A stretch of DNA of 64,000 bases from Spirochaetota bacterium (GCA_035395685.1 DAOPBR010000010.1:4-64003), one strand, 5' to 3'; positions 27,658 to 38,350 are shown, counted from the stretch's first letter. Notes: generated by a model from the letters alone, not told the origin. Translations and numbers: made by a program.

Positions 27658-28604
27658 CTCATTCTCTTTTTCATCACTTCTGCTATGATATTCTCAACGG
27701 AATTAATAGATACATCATTCCATTCATTTCCGTTATAATTGTGAATAAAAATTCCGTCATCAATACCAAAATTCATTGAGCTCTTGTTCGCCCCGCCAAG
27801 AATTACACGGCTAATTATACTAATAGCTAAAATCTCCGTTCTGGGTTTGAATGTCATAATGAGATTTCCGTAATCATATATATCTGAATAAGTAAATGCT
27901 ATAACCGATATTGATTTTGAATAGGCTTCCTCAACAAGCGTCTGCTGAAAGACACTCGCAGGAAGAAATACGATATCGCATTCTTTTTCGGAAATCAAAT
28001 CGATGGGATTTTTATCCCGGGTGTTAGCATCATCCATATTCAAACTTAAAATTTTCGTTTCAGGACTGTATTTTTTTACTCCAAATGTGAAATATTCCAA
28101 AAGTTCAGGATTATTTTTGGGACAGATAATTGACACACAGTTTGTTTTTGAGCGTATCGCCGCAGCGTATCCCGAAATATATGCTATCTGATTAAAGTTG
28201 AACCTCACAACACGCAGATTAACCGAATTATAATCCTTGTCGCCGAATGCTATGAAAAATATTTTAGGACTGTTTTTTGCAATTTCTGCGACCTCATCAA
28301 ATCTCCCGTAAGCTTCAACGATTATTATATCCTTGGGTAATGTTGCCATGTGTTTTATTGCTGATATATAATCCGGACCATTATCCGCGTACATAAAATC
28401 AAAGTTAACATTTAGTGATCTTTTAGTAAATTCAGTTGCCTTTTCATACTGAGGTTTCATCGAATAATTTCCGCTGTTGGTAAAAACCGCCCCGATTTCA
28501 ATCGGCGCTGTCTTTTGCGGCAGAGAATCGTGACCGCATACGCTAAAAATGAAAAGCGGCGATAGACATATTAATAATTTTTTCAGCATATTTAACAATA
28601 ACAT
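27654..28604 (-). CDS. BMP/Med-type periplasmic binding-protein lipoprotein
   Basis: Lipobox FIFSVCG. Type I PBP-like alternation of short beta/alpha segments. ATGA overlap with the downstream sensor gene. Confidence 0.55.
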   Translation of the reverse strand: MLLLNMLKKLLICLSPLFIFSVCGHDSLPQKTAPIEIGAVFTNSGNYSMKPQYEKATEFTKRSLNVNFDFMYADNGPDYISAIKHMATLPKDIIIVEAYGRFDEVAEIAKNSPKIFFIAFGDKDYNSVNLRVVRFNFNQIAYISGYAAAIRSKTNCVSIICPKNNPELLEYFTFGVKKYSPETKILSLNMDDANTRDKNPIDLISEKECDIVFLPASVFQQTLVEEAYSKSISVIAFTYSDIYDYGNLIMTFKPRTEILAISIISRVILGGANKSSMNFGIDDGIFIHNYNGNEWNDVSINSVENIIAEVMKKRMR

Positions 28605-28614
28605 GCCGTGTTAA

Positions 28615-29157
28615 TTAAATCAATATTTTTTGCCCATTAAATCTGAAAAGAAATGAAGGATCGATCTTTCCGTTTTTCAGTGCAATCCCCTCTATCTTTA
28701 AAAGATTAATCTTCATATCAATACCATTTGCGGCTGAAAATTTTCCAGGTGCCAGATCAGATTTTATGACTCTATGACATGGTATAAGAATCGGAAAACG
28801 GTTTTTTGCCATAAGATTGCCGGCATATCTGCCTCCGCGAGGTATACCGGCCATGAGAGCAAGATTTCCATAACTTATAACTTTGCCTGCAGGAATGCCC
28901 ATCAAAACAGAGTATATTTTCATTTCATTTGTGCTGAATGAATCAAAATCATAATCTGAAAGATTGTGTTCTGTAGAATAATATAATGAAGTAATGAGCT
29001 TGTCAGCTGCTATTTCAAACTTAACGGGAACAGCATCTGGTTTTTCAGCAATTCCGTAATTTAAGGTAATGCTTTTTATTTTTTCATCAGAGCAATTAAG
29101 AGTAAAATATATGCCTGAAGTTTTTATATCGAATGAATAAGATTGCAACTTTTCCAT
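28615..29157 (-). CDS. ogt: Methylated-DNA--protein-cysteine methyltransferase
   Basis: Active-site motif IPCHRVI. Preceded by a helix-turn-wing segment, GKVISYGNLALMAGIPRGGRYAG. Confidence 0.85.
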   Translation of the reverse strand: MEKLQSYSFDIKTSGIYFTLNCSDEKIKSITLNYGIAEKPDAVPVKFEIAADKLITSLYYSTEHNLSDYDFDSFSTNEMKIYSVLMGIPAGKVISYGNLALMAGIPRGGRYAGNLMAKNRFPILIPCHRVIKSDLAPGKFSAANGIDMKINLLKIEGIALKNGKIDPSFLFRFNGQKILI

Positions 29158-29215
29158 GACTTATCCGATCATTTATGCTTGACCTTGTAAATAAATATTT
29201 AGCAATCTTAAATCC

Positions 29216-31051
29216 ATGAATAAAAATATTAATGATATTGTAGACCGTCTCCTTTCTGCAAAAGAAGCCTATTATAATTCAGAGTCATCACTTATGACTG
29301 ACGCGGAATTTGACGCTCTTGAGGATAAGCTCAGGAAAATTGATCCCGATAATTCATACTTCTCAATAGTCGGAACTGATTTTGTCCATGGAGAAAAAAT
29401 AAAACACGTATATCCCATGCTCTCAATGCAGAAAGGAAAAACAATTTCCGATATCTTAAAATGGATTGAAAAACTTTCTATTGAAAATACCGGTTTCTGC
29501 ATACAGCCGAAAATTGACGGACTTTCTGCATCCTTAGCTTATGAGAACGGCCGCATCAAATACATCGCGACCCGCGGCGACGGAGAAACCGGTCAAATCA
29601 TTACTCATATAGCAGATTATGTTTCCGACATCAAGAAAAACATATCTTTTTCAAACGGAAACATCGAAATACGCGGTGAACTTTATCTTCCTAAAAACAC
29701 TCCTTTTGATACAGGAAATAGACCGTTAAGAAATAACTGCGTCGGCCTCATCAACAGAAAAGAGAATATTTCAGATTTAAAATATGTCCGCTTTGTTGCC
29801 TATCAGATTGAAGGAATCAAATTTGATAATGAAAATTCCAAAATAGACATCTTAAAAAATGAGGGTTTCAACTCGGTAGATTACTTTATTGCTGAAAATA
29901 TTTCGGATATTGAAAACATTTATCAGAAATATTTAGATATGCTAAGAAGTGAATGGGAATTTGAAACTGACGGATTGATAATAACCGTAAATGATGCTTC
30001 CCTTTTCGATGAAATCGATTCCCGCTGGGTGATTGACCATCACCATCATTATTCTATTGCACTTAAACCGCCTTCGGAGTCCAGGGAAACTTCACTTGAA
30101 CGAATAGAATGGCAGGTTTCGCGTCAGGGGAATGTCGTTCCTGTTGCTGTTTTTTCTCCGGTCATAATAGGCGGCGCAAAGATTGAACGCGCATCACTTG
30201 CTAATGCTTCAACGGTAAGATCAATGAGACTTAAAGAAGGAAGCAGACTTCTCGTAGAACGCGCGAATGATGTAATTCCTTACGTCAAAGAAAACCTCTC
30301 AAAAAATGAAGATGAAACCGACTTAATCATATCAAAATGTCCTTCATGTTCTTCGGAATTAATCGATTCGGGAGTCCATATAAAATGCATCAATCCAATA
30401 TGCCCCGAGGTAAATATTCAGAAGATTCTCTTCTGGGTTAAAGAATCAGCAGTCGAAAACATTTCCGAAGCCACAATCAGAAAACTCTATGAACTCGGTC
30501 TCGTTAAATCAATATCAGATCTCTATTCACTCAAAGCTGAATCTCTTGACATTCCTGGTTTTGCTGAAAAGAAAACATCAAACTTCATCTCGGAAATTTC
30601 AAAAAGCCGAAAAATGACAGCATCGGAATTTATATCTAAGCTCGGTATACCTCTCGTTCAGTCCAAAACACTTTCAAAACTTTCTATTCGTTCAATTGAT
30701 GATTTTCTTTCGTTTAATGACGAAACATATGTTGTCGGCAGGAATATCATAGAATGGAAAAACGATCCGGCCAACATAAACTATTTCAATGAAATTCTTT
30801 CAGCAATTGAAATCGAAGCATCTGAAGAAAAAGAAACCCTTGGAAAAATATGCGCAACCGGAAAAGGGCCTCTCCCGCGCAATGAGCTTGCAAAGAAAAT
30901 TGCCGATGCCGGTTATGAATTCTCAGATGCCGTAACAAAGGATCTTTCAATTCTTCTGTGCGATGACGTTAATTCTTCGAGCTCAAAAATTGCAAAAGCC
31001 AGAAAGCTAGGCATTAAAATTATGACTTATGATGAATTCTTCAGTGCATAA
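29216..31051 (+). CDS. ligA: NAD+-dependent DNA ligase (compact, 611 aa)
   Basis: Domain Ia: AYYNSESSLMTDAEFDAL. Adenylation motif KIDGLS. Four-Cys Zn finger CPSCSSEL...CINPICPE. C-terminal BRCT-like domain. Confidence 0.85.
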   Translation: MNKNINDIVDRLLSAKEAYYNSESSLMTDAEFDALEDKLRKIDPDNSYFSIVGTDFVHGEKIKHVYPMLSMQKGKTISDILKWIEKLSIENTGFCIQPKIDGLSASLAYENGRIKYIATRGDGETGQIITHIADYVSDIKKNISFSNGNIEIRGELYLPKNTPFDTGNRPLRNNCVGLINRKENISDLKYVRFVAYQIEGIKFDNENSKIDILKNEGFNSVDYFIAENISDIENIYQKYLDMLRSEWEFETDGLIITVNDASLFDEIDSRWVIDHHHHYSIALKPPSESRETSLERIEWQVSRQGNVVPVAVFSPVIIGGAKIERASLANASTVRSMRLKEGSRLLVERANDVIPYVKENLSKNEDETDLIISKCPSCSSELIDSGVHIKCINPICPEVNIQKILFWVKESAVENISEATIRKLYELGLVKSISDLYSLKAESLDIPGFAEKKTSNFISEISKSRKMTASEFISKLGIPLVQSKTLSKLSIRSIDDFLSFNDETYVVGRNIIEWKNDPANINYFNEILSAIEIEASEEKETLGKICATGKGPLPRNELAKKIADAGYEFSDAVTKDLSILLCDDVNSSSSKIAKARKLGIKIMTYDEFFSA

Positions 31052-31081
31052 AAAAAACCGGCATAAAGCCGGTTTTTTTTA
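31052..31081. terminator. Bidirectional terminator between ligA and icd
   Basis: AAAAAAACCGGC-ATAAA-GCCGGTTTTTTT. Confidence 0.85.
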
Positions 31082-31100
31082 TCTGTATTGAATACTTAAA

Positions 31101-32312
31101 CTACATATTAGACGCGATTGCCTTGGCAAATTCCGAGCACTTAAGAAGTTTTGCTCCTTCCATCTGACGCTCAAGATCATATGTAACTGTCTTCTGAAGA
31201 ATGGTCTTTTCAAGCGATGAAATAATCAGATCAGCCGCTTCTGTCCAACCCATGAAACGGAACATCATCTCTCCTGAAAGGATCAATGAACCCGGATTAA
31301 CCTTATCCTGATCGGCATACTTCGGTGCAGTTCCGTGAGTCGCTTCGAACACGGCTTCACTTGCTCCGATATTAGCACCCGGAGCAATTCCAAGACCGCC
31401 GACCTGAGCCGCGAGAGCGTCGGAAATATAATCACCGTTGAGATTCGGAGTCGCGATGACCTCATACTCTTCAGGACGGAGAATAATCTGCTGAAACATA
31501 GCATCGGCAATTCTGTCTTTTATAACGATCTTTCCTGCAGGAATTTTTCCGCCGTGATTATCCCAAAGATCTTTCTCTGTGATTGTCTGGTCGGCAAATT
31601 CTTCCTTGGCAAGTTCGTATCCCCATTCCTTAAATGAACCTTCGGTGAACTTCATTATGTTCCCCTTATGCATCAAAGTAACTGAGGATTTTTTATTTGC
31701 AATGGCGTACTGAATAGCCGCGCGTACTATGTTTTTAGTGTTTGTAACAGAAATAGGTTTTATTCCTACACCGCTGTCAGCAAGCACCGTTTTACCTAGT
31801 TCATCTTTGAGAAATTTGATAAGTTTCGCAGCTTCAGGAGTTCCCTGCTTGAATTCGATACCGGCATAAAGATCTTCAAGATTTTCGCGGTAAATAATCA
31901 TGTCTACTTTTTCGGGTTCTTTTACGGGAGAAGGAACTCCTTTAAAATACCTTACCGGCCGAACACACGCAAAAAGCGAAAGTTCCTGGCGAAGAGCAAC
32001 GTTAATGCTTCTGATTCCGCCGCCGACCGGAGTAGTAAGAGGTCCTTTTATAGCAACCTTATACTCCTTTATCTTTTCAAGAGTCTCGGCAGGAAGCCAT
32101 TCACCTTTTGTGTTGAAGGCTTTTTCACCTGCAAGAACTTCCATCCATTCGACTTTGCGTTTTCCGCCGTAAGCTTTTTCAACAGCGGCGTCAAAAACTA
32201 GTTTCGACGCGCGCCAGATGTCGGGACCTATTCCATCGCCCTCAATAAAAAGAAGTACGGGATTATCAGGAACGGTTACTTTTCCGTTTTCAAACTTGAT
32301 CTTTTCGGCCAT
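31101..32312 (-). CDS. icd: NADP-dependent isocitrate dehydrogenase
   Basis: 403 aa. Motifs [27 protein letters not shown] and [15 protein letters not shown]. Confidence 0.9.
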   Translation of the reverse strand: MAEKIKFENGKVTVPDNPVLLFIEGDGIGPDIWRASKLVFDAAVEKAYGGKRKVEWMEVLAGEKAFNTKGEWLPAETLEKIKEYKVAIKGPLTTPVGGGIRSINVALRQELSLFACVRPVRYFKGVPSPVKEPEKVDMIIYRENLEDLYAGIEFKQGTPEAAKLIKFLKDELGKTVLADSGVGIKPISVTNTKNIVRAAIQYAIANKKSSVTLMHKGNIMKFTEGSFKEWGYELAKEEFADQTITEKDLWDNHGGKIPAGKIVIKDRIADAMFQQIILRPEEYEVIATPNLNGDYISDALAAQVGGLGIAPGANIGASEAVFEATHGTAPKYADQDKVNPGSLILSGEMMFRFMGWTEAADLIISSLEKTILQKTVTYDLERQMEGAKLLKCSEFAKAIASNM

Positions 32313-32533
32313 TATTTCTCCTTCGCGTGAGCCGCGGCAATGGCTATTGCCTGCTCTGCAAGAGATTCATCAGCCTGAACAGGAGCATCATCATCCGAAT
32401 GATGCTCTTCATGAGGAAACCATTTTGAAAAGAGAACAAGAAGATTATCAAGTCCCTTAAGAAGAACAGCAACACTCATCGCTATGATAATAGTGATAAG
32501 ATATGTCATCAATGATATGTCTAAACCTTTCAT
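32312..32533 (-). CDS. OadG-like small membrane subunit of a Na+-translocating decarboxylase
   Basis: One N-terminal TM helix and the C-terminal tail AIAIAAAHA. It lies immediately downstream of the beta subunit. GAGGT RBS. Confidence 0.6.
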   Translation of the reverse strand: MKGLDISLMTYLITIIIAMSVAVLLKGLDNLLVLFSKWFPHEEHHSDDDAPVQADESLAEQAIAIAAAHAKEK

Positions 32534-32540
32534 ATTTACC

Positions 32541-33836
32541 TCACTTGCTCAGCATACTGCAGAATATACCTGCAATAATGGCAGTTGTTATTACACCGCT
32601 GACGTTCGCACCGAGAGCTTCAGGCATAACGATGAGACCGGGTTTTGCCTTAGAAACAATCTTCTGGGCAACTTTAGCGGTTGTCGGAACACAGCTGACT
32701 CCGGCAATACCGATGACAGGATTATATTTTTTACCTGAAATGAAATAAGCAACATAACCGCCGATAATTCCGCCCACACCGGAAATAAGAAGAGAAAGCA
32801 TACCAAGAAGAAGAAGAGGAAGAACTTTCTTATCCATAATGGTATTTGCTTCGCAAAGAATTCCGAGAATCATTCCAAGGAACATTGTCGCAATATAAAG
32901 AACCGGACCGCTTAAAAGATCATGGAAAACTTTGATTCCGGATTCTCTTATTACTACACCGAAGAAAAGCGAGAATATAAGAGGCGCCGCAACCGGAAGA
33001 AGGAACGAAAGAAGAATACATATAACAACAGCAAAAAGAAGTTTTTCGCCGGATGATATTTCTCTTTCCTTTTTGAGCTGACCGACAGGAACCTGCATAA
33101 GCTTTTTAGGAATAAGAAGCTTCACTAGATACGGATATCCTCCATAGGCAAGTCCCAGATAGAGATAAGCTACAACAGCAATCGGAACAAAAAGATGAGG
33201 AGCGAGCTGTAGCGATGTGAAAAGAACCATCGGTCCGTCTGCACCGCCTACAATTGATATCGCAGCAGCTTCTTTCGCAGTAAATCCGAATGCCTGGGCA
33301 ATCGGAAGAGTCATAATCGTACCTAGCTCAGCGAAAAGAGCTATAAGCATGCTCAAGAAAGGTCTTCTGAGGATAAATCCTACATCAAGTAAAGAGCCTA
33401 TACCCATGAAAACCAGACACGCGATAAGACCATTACCGAATGTAAAAGTGTAAATCGGCTGAAGCCAGTCGATACCCATAATATACATTATATCTGAACT
33501 GGCAGCGGCATTCGCCGCAAGAGCTGCGGTGTCTCCGGCAGCCTGAAAAGTACTTGATAGAGCGCTTCCGGCCTGAGGCTCAAGAAACAAAGTTCCCATT
33601 CCGCCGTGAAGTCCAAGCGGATCAAACATCATAACCGCCGCATTAACAGTGGCCATACCAAGACCCATTGGAATCATCAAAAGAGGCTCAAGTATACCTT
33701 TTTTACCGAGGTATATCAGAAGCATACCGAGAAGTATCAATCCGATTCTGGCAATTGCCATCTGCGGATCGTGAGAAAAAGACATTCCCATTGTTTTTAT
33801 ACCCTGGAAAATGTTGAGAATCATACTAGAATCCAT
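32541..33836 (-). CDS. oadB: Na+-translocating decarboxylase beta subunit (OadB/GcdB/MmdB family)
   Basis: 431-aa polytopic protein. Motifs SIVGGADGP and IAGVSCVPTTAKVAQ. Confidence 0.85.
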   Translation of the reverse strand: MDSSMILNIFQGIKTMGMSFSHDPQMAIARIGLILLGMLLIYLGKKGILEPLLMIPMGLGMATVNAAVMMFDPLGLHGGMGTLFLEPQAGSALSSTFQAAGDTAALAANAAASSDIMYIMGIDWLQPIYTFTFGNGLIACLVFMGIGSLLDVGFILRRPFLSMLIALFAELGTIMTLPIAQAFGFTAKEAAAISIVGGADGPMVLFTSLQLAPHLFVPIAVVAYLYLGLAYGGYPYLVKLLIPKKLMQVPVGQLKKEREISSGEKLLFAVVICILLSFLLPVAAPLIFSLFFGVVIRESGIKVFHDLLSGPVLYIATMFLGMILGILCEANTIMDKKVLPLLLLGMLSLLISGVGGIIGGYVAYFISGKKYNPVIGIAGVSCVPTTAKVAQKIVSKAKPGLIVMPEALGANVSGVITTAIIAGIFCSMLSK

Positions 33837-33937
33837 AAGATTGCTCCGAAATTTGATTTTACTAATTTATGAACAGTTTTCAGAGATTTTAAGTCAAACA
33901 GTTTTACGGCATTTTTTTAATTTCTTGTAAATTAACG

Positions 33938-34444
33938 GTGTTATTTCAGAAGTATTATATGGATATTTCACATCTTTATCAGACACTTATTGCGCAGATT
34001 GAAGTTCTCTGCACTCATGTCAAAAGTATTCACGGAGATTCAATAGTCTGCCGTGCGGGCTGCGATGAATGCTGTGTCAATTTCACAATCGGCGCGGGGG
34101 AATTTGCCGCTCTTAAAGGAAAAATATTAAATCTTCCGGAATGCAGCGCAAACAAAGACCGCGGAAGCTGCTTTTTCTTAAAAAGCGGTCTGTGTTCAAT
34201 TTATGAATTCCGCCCCGTAATATGCCGTACACACGGTTTACCGGTTAGATTCGCAGTAGATGACGGAAGCGTAGAATATTCTTCGTGCGGTAAAAATTCC
34301 CCTATTACTATGAACGAATCCAATACCATTGACATTGATTCCATTAACGAAAAACTCGCAATTCTGAACATGCTTGCACTTAAAGAAAATCCTGCACTTA
34401 AAGAAAGATATTATCTTTATGAAATTTTCGAACAAGCAAATTAA
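33938..34444 (+). CDS. YkgJ-family Cys-cluster (Fe-S/Zn) protein
   Basis: Motifs CRAGCDECC and CFFLKSGLCSIYEFRPVICRTHG. The start is uncertain (GTG 33938 or ATG 33959). Confidence 0.7.
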   Translation: MLFQKYYMDISHLYQTLIAQIEVLCTHVKSIHGDSIVCRAGCDECCVNFTIGAGEFAALKGKILNLPECSANKDRGSCFFLKSGLCSIYEFRPVICRTHGLPVRFAVDDGSVEYSSCGKNSPITMNESNTIDIDSINEKLAILNMLALKENPALKERYYLYEIFEQAN

Positions 34445-34490
34445 GGAAGAAAACGGGGGGAGATTCATTCAGAAACCTCCCCGTCCATAA

Positions 34491-36188
34491 TCATTTCTCA
34501 ACAACTATAACTTTATAATGCTGAAGTTCAGGCACTGTAAGAGAAATAGATCCGCCCGATTTCGTAAACGGAATTGAAACATCCGCGTTTCCGTCCGGGC
34601 TCAGCGAACTAATTTTAGACGGGACAAAACCCGGATCAAATGACACGGCAATGTTTTTCTGTTCAGAAATCGTCGAGGAATAGTTATGATTAACAAGATG
34701 AACGTAGTATTTATTCTTATCGGAACTTTCAGTAACATTATACATTACTCCCTTTCTATCAATATCCGCACTCAAAGAAGTATTTACACTTTTCTCATAT
34801 ACCGCATGATTCGTTCTGTAAAATGATGAATAATCTTTAAGAAAATCAAGAATTCCGGAATCCGTTGATGTCGGATCTCCCGGCATAACCGTCCGCAGGT
34901 GAAAGGCGAAATATAATCCGCATGAATATGCTTCCGCGGCGTATATCCGCCAATAGTCCTTTTTCTGTTCCATGGAAAGCTTGTAGTAATTACTCATCAT
35001 CTCACACGGCCAGTCGATAAAAAGAACAAGAGGAACATTTCCCGAAGTCTTTCTGCTTCTTTCATACATGCCGAGATAAACGCTCTTCAGCGATTTTGAA
35101 CCATTCAGCTTACCTGACGCAAACGGAACATAATCAGCCTCTTTTCCATTATCGTCATTATTATAATTATAAAGACCCAGACTGTTGAAATCCGTGAAAG
35201 GGAAAATGCCGTTTGAAGTAATAATTATTTCTTTTGAATATCTGCTCCGCGCATACTCCCTGAGAGCAATTACTATCTCTTTCCAGTAAAGCACCATATA
35301 GGATGAAGAAAATGAATCATCAGCAACATCAATTCGGTTTGCCAAAGGGAAGCCCCATTCCTTCGCAAGAGGATTAGCAGAATCACGCGGATAATCTGAG
35401 AATCCTTTTTGAGACAAATACTTCCTGTAATTGAAATTATATTCCAGATCATCATAGGCAATATCTCTTCGGATTATATTATCATCAGTCATTCCGAACT
35501 TTTTTTTCCAGTCTGCTTCACTGTATGAAGGATATTTATTTATGAGATAACGGTTAAAATCGGCAATGGAATAGTCGTCATACCCTTCATTTCCATTGAA
35601 ATTATGCGAAGGCCCCCCGTTATATCCGCCGGAATTGGCCTCATCTAGAAACAGTCCGTCAACTCCTGCATCAATCTGAACTTTCATTACTTTAACAAGA
35701 TATTCACGGTATGACGGATTGGCCATCGACACCCGGTAGGCATTAGGTACTATTTCACTGTGAAGAACCGGTTTTCCGTATGAATCACGAGTTATCCAGT
35801 CTAAAAAAGTATTTCTATCCGCAGCTTCAGTCTCAAAAACAACAGAAGCTGTTCCTCCGGCGACAAATAATATTTTCTTCGAACGGCATTTGGCAATATA
35901 TACTTTGTTAAATTGAGACTCTTTTATACCGGCTGTTTCCCATTTCTGCCATGCCCTCATATTTATATCCGGAGATAGACTGTAAACCTGCGAGTCCTCA
36001 CTGCCGTTTGCAGTTTGAGAAAAACCGTAAATACTTTTCGATGACAGATCCATTTTTGGCGAAGGGTCGCCGCTTACATCATACGGCCCGTTTCGGGATA
36101 TATCAGTATCCGGATCTCTCTTATCGTCAGATGCATTGCAGCAGATAAAAAGCATTGATACAATAAAAACAATTTTTGTCTTATTCAT
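34491..36188 (-). CDS. Lipoprotein, possibly a GH114/GHL-like TIM-barrel polysaccharide hydrolase
   Basis: Lipobox LFICCN. The motif DAGVDGLFLDEANSGGY resembles the G-x-DG-x-F-LD strand of GH114-like enzymes. GGAGA RBS. Confidence 0.4.
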   Translation of the reverse strand: MNKTKIVFIVSMLFICCNASDDKRDPDTDISRNGPYDVSGDPSPKMDLSSKSIYGFSQTANGSEDSQVYSLSPDINMRAWQKWETAGIKESQFNKVYIAKCRSKKILFVAGGTASVVFETEAADRNTFLDWITRDSYGKPVLHSEIVPNAYRVSMANPSYREYLVKVMKVQIDAGVDGLFLDEANSGGYNGGPSHNFNGNEGYDDYSIADFNRYLINKYPSYSEADWKKKFGMTDDNIIRRDIAYDDLEYNFNYRKYLSQKGFSDYPRDSANPLAKEWGFPLANRIDVADDSFSSSYMVLYWKEIVIALREYARSRYSKEIIITSNGIFPFTDFNSLGLYNYNNDDNGKEADYVPFASGKLNGSKSLKSVYLGMYERSRKTSGNVPLVLFIDWPCEMMSNYYKLSMEQKKDYWRIYAAEAYSCGLYFAFHLRTVMPGDPTSTDSGILDFLKDYSSFYRTNHAVYEKSVNTSLSADIDRKGVMYNVTESSDKNKYYVHLVNHNYSSTISEQKNIAVSFDPGFVPSKISSLSPDGNADVSIPFTKSGGSISLTVPELQHYKVIVVEK

Positions 36189-36308
36189 TGTTTTCTCCTT
36201 TGCTTAATTCTCAGATTCCGGAGATTTATTTCTCCGCATTTTTCAAAAAAAACTTTGCATTTATAATTTTTCAAAAAATGCTTTCAAATCCCGACAAATA
36301 GAACATCA

Positions 36309-37412
36309 ATGACATCAATGAAATCCGGATTAATTAAAATTTCAGCGATTGCATCTTTGCCGATAATTTCAGCCGGCATTTTATTATTTTATTCTCTCAA
36401 GATTTCTCCGCTTACAATTTTCCCGAATGACAAGTTCCGGCATGCTGCGTTTTCTGATTATGCGGAAAAAGGTAATTCTTCCATTGATTCCTTTTCTTCT
36501 GTCACCGGTTCAATTTCCATGAAATATACTCTGCGCGAAGGATTCAGAACTCCTTACGCGGGACTGCAGATTTCATCAGGCGAATATTTAAATCTTTCTG
36601 ATTATAACTTAGTGAAAATAAAAATCAGTTCTGCAAAGTCCGAAAAAATCCGTTTTATTCTTATCTGCTTCATCGACAATTTCAGCTACAGTACAAACCC
36701 TCTATCTAGCATTTATCTGATTAAAGAAATTCCGGTTACACCGGGTCTAAAATCATTTAATATACCTTTGTCAGAATTCCGTATTGAAAAATGGTGGTAT
36801 GAAGTTAACGGCTTGGAGCCTTTTGACAAAAAAATTATACCGGATTTCGGAAAAGTTTCGGCAGTGAATATCGAAAATGCTGAGAGTTTCGGATTCAACC
36901 GGTGGGATGAAATAAAAATTAGCGGAATTACATTCTATAAATCCGCTAAAAAAATGTGGTTTATATTTTCATTATCTGTAATAATTTATTTCATCATTGT
37001 CGCTGTTATCCGCAAAACAGTATTTTCTAAAAAAATAAAACCCGTTTTTATCGACTATAAGAAAATTGAATTTAAGAAAAACATTTCAACCGATCACGGA
37101 AATATTTTCCGCATCATCGCAGATAATTACACCAATCCGGAACTCTCTGTCGAAAAAACAGCTGAATTATCAAACACGGACGTAACTAAGATATCAAAAA
37201 ATATAAAGAATATTTCCGGATTATCATTTCCGCAATATCTTAATGCCTTAAGAATGACGGAAGCTAAGCGTCTGCTCGCAGAAACAGACGCCAAGATAAT
37301 TGAAATATCCTTCGCCGTCGGATTCGGAAATCTTTCACACTTCAACAGATGCTTTAAATCTTCCGAAAAGATCTCGCCGAAAGATTATAGAAAAAAACAC
37401 CGTAAAAATTAA
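36309..37412 (+). CDS. Membrane-anchored AraC-family regulator with an extracytoplasmic N-terminal domain
   Basis: TM helices near residues 10-30 and 215-235. C-terminal HTH_18: FPQYLNALRMTEAKRLL...ISFAVGFGNLSHFNRCFK. Confidence 0.75.
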   Translation: MTSMKSGLIKISAIASLPIISAGILLFYSLKISPLTIFPNDKFRHAAFSDYAEKGNSSIDSFSSVTGSISMKYTLREGFRTPYAGLQISSGEYLNLSDYNLVKIKISSAKSEKIRFILICFIDNFSYSTNPLSSIYLIKEIPVTPGLKSFNIPLSEFRIEKWWYEVNGLEPFDKKIIPDFGKVSAVNIENAESFGFNRWDEIKISGITFYKSAKKMWFIFSLSVIIYFIIVAVIRKTVFSKKIKPVFIDYKKIEFKKNISTDHGNIFRIIADNYTNPELSVEKTAELSNTDVTKISKNIKNISGLSFPQYLNALRMTEAKRLLAETDAKIIEISFAVGFGNLSHFNRCFKSSEKISPKDYRKKHRKN

Positions 37413-38350
37413 AATTCATAAGTCATATTTAAAATAATCCTGTAAAATTCCCATTTGCGAGATTTGTCCGGATTGATTACACGTGACCGATAGTAATCAT
37501 ATTCTTCTGTTTCTTCGGTATAGTTACGTACACTCCTGAATTGAGTTATAAGATTAAATTTCGTGTTTTCGCCGGAGCGAAAACCCATAATACATGACGC
37601 GGTATAGTTCCAAATATTTTCACCTGATGGATCACCATTTGCGGTATCGTAATAACTTCGTTCAGCCTCAATCATCAATCCGAAAAACTCCATCATCAAC
37701 GGCATCTTGTATCCAAGAACATTCTGTATATAATAGTGAGTCCCGTTTCTGTTCTCACCATCATCGGCTTCCCACAGCCATGATTCATTTTTTGACGCAG
37801 CGGTAAACGCCTTATAATAATATTGATGATATGATCTAAAAACAACATGTGTCCATTCTCCCGGAATAACAGCACCGACATCGAATTGAAATGCCGCACC
37901 GGCCTTTTCCTTATGAACAATTCCCTTTAGTGTTTTATTATTAAAATAATTATCATAAGAGCCGGAGGGCTCATTAATTGCAAGCCCTCTGACAAAACGC
38001 GAATTCCATCCGCTTCCAATTTCTATGCCGGTAGAAAATTCTAAAAGTGCAATCGGTCTGAATACAGTTTCAATTTCCAAGCCAGCGGATACAGGAGATA
38101 GAAATGTGCTGAAATCAAAATTGATTTCATTATTTTCAAAAAGAACATTCGGCGAATTCAGAAACGGAACTGTAATCTCATGCGAATAAGATGCTTTTAA
38201 TTCAACATCAGTACTTGTAGTCAGATTCATTTCCTGCGAATGCAAGACCTGTGCGTTAAGAGAATCCGTCAATTGCAGAAAGACAATAAAGAGAACTATA
38301 AATATTTTTTCTGCATGAAAAAATTTAAGACGCGTATTTTCTAAAATCAT
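37409..38350 (-). CDS. Putative outer-membrane beta-barrel protein
   Basis: Start at the internal ATG (signal peptide ...LTDSLNAQ). Alternating aromatic/hydrophilic strands and a C-terminal ...NMTYEF. TGATG overlap with the upstream acyltransferase gene. Confidence 0.5.
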   Translation of the reverse strand: MILENTRLKFFHAEKIFIVLFIVFLQLTDSLNAQVLHSQEMNLTTSTDVELKASYSHEITVPFLNSPNVLFENNEINFDFSTFLSPVSAGLEIETVFRPIALLEFSTGIEIGSGWNSRFVRGLAINEPSGSYDNYFNNKTLKGIVHKEKAGAAFQFDVGAVIPGEWTHVVFRSYHQYYYKAFTAASKNESWLWEADDGENRNGTHYYIQNVLGYKMPLMMEFFGLMIEAERSYYDTANGDPSGENIWNYTASCIMGFRSGENTKFNLITQFRSVRNYTEETEEYDYYRSRVINPDKSRKWEFYRIILNMTYEF

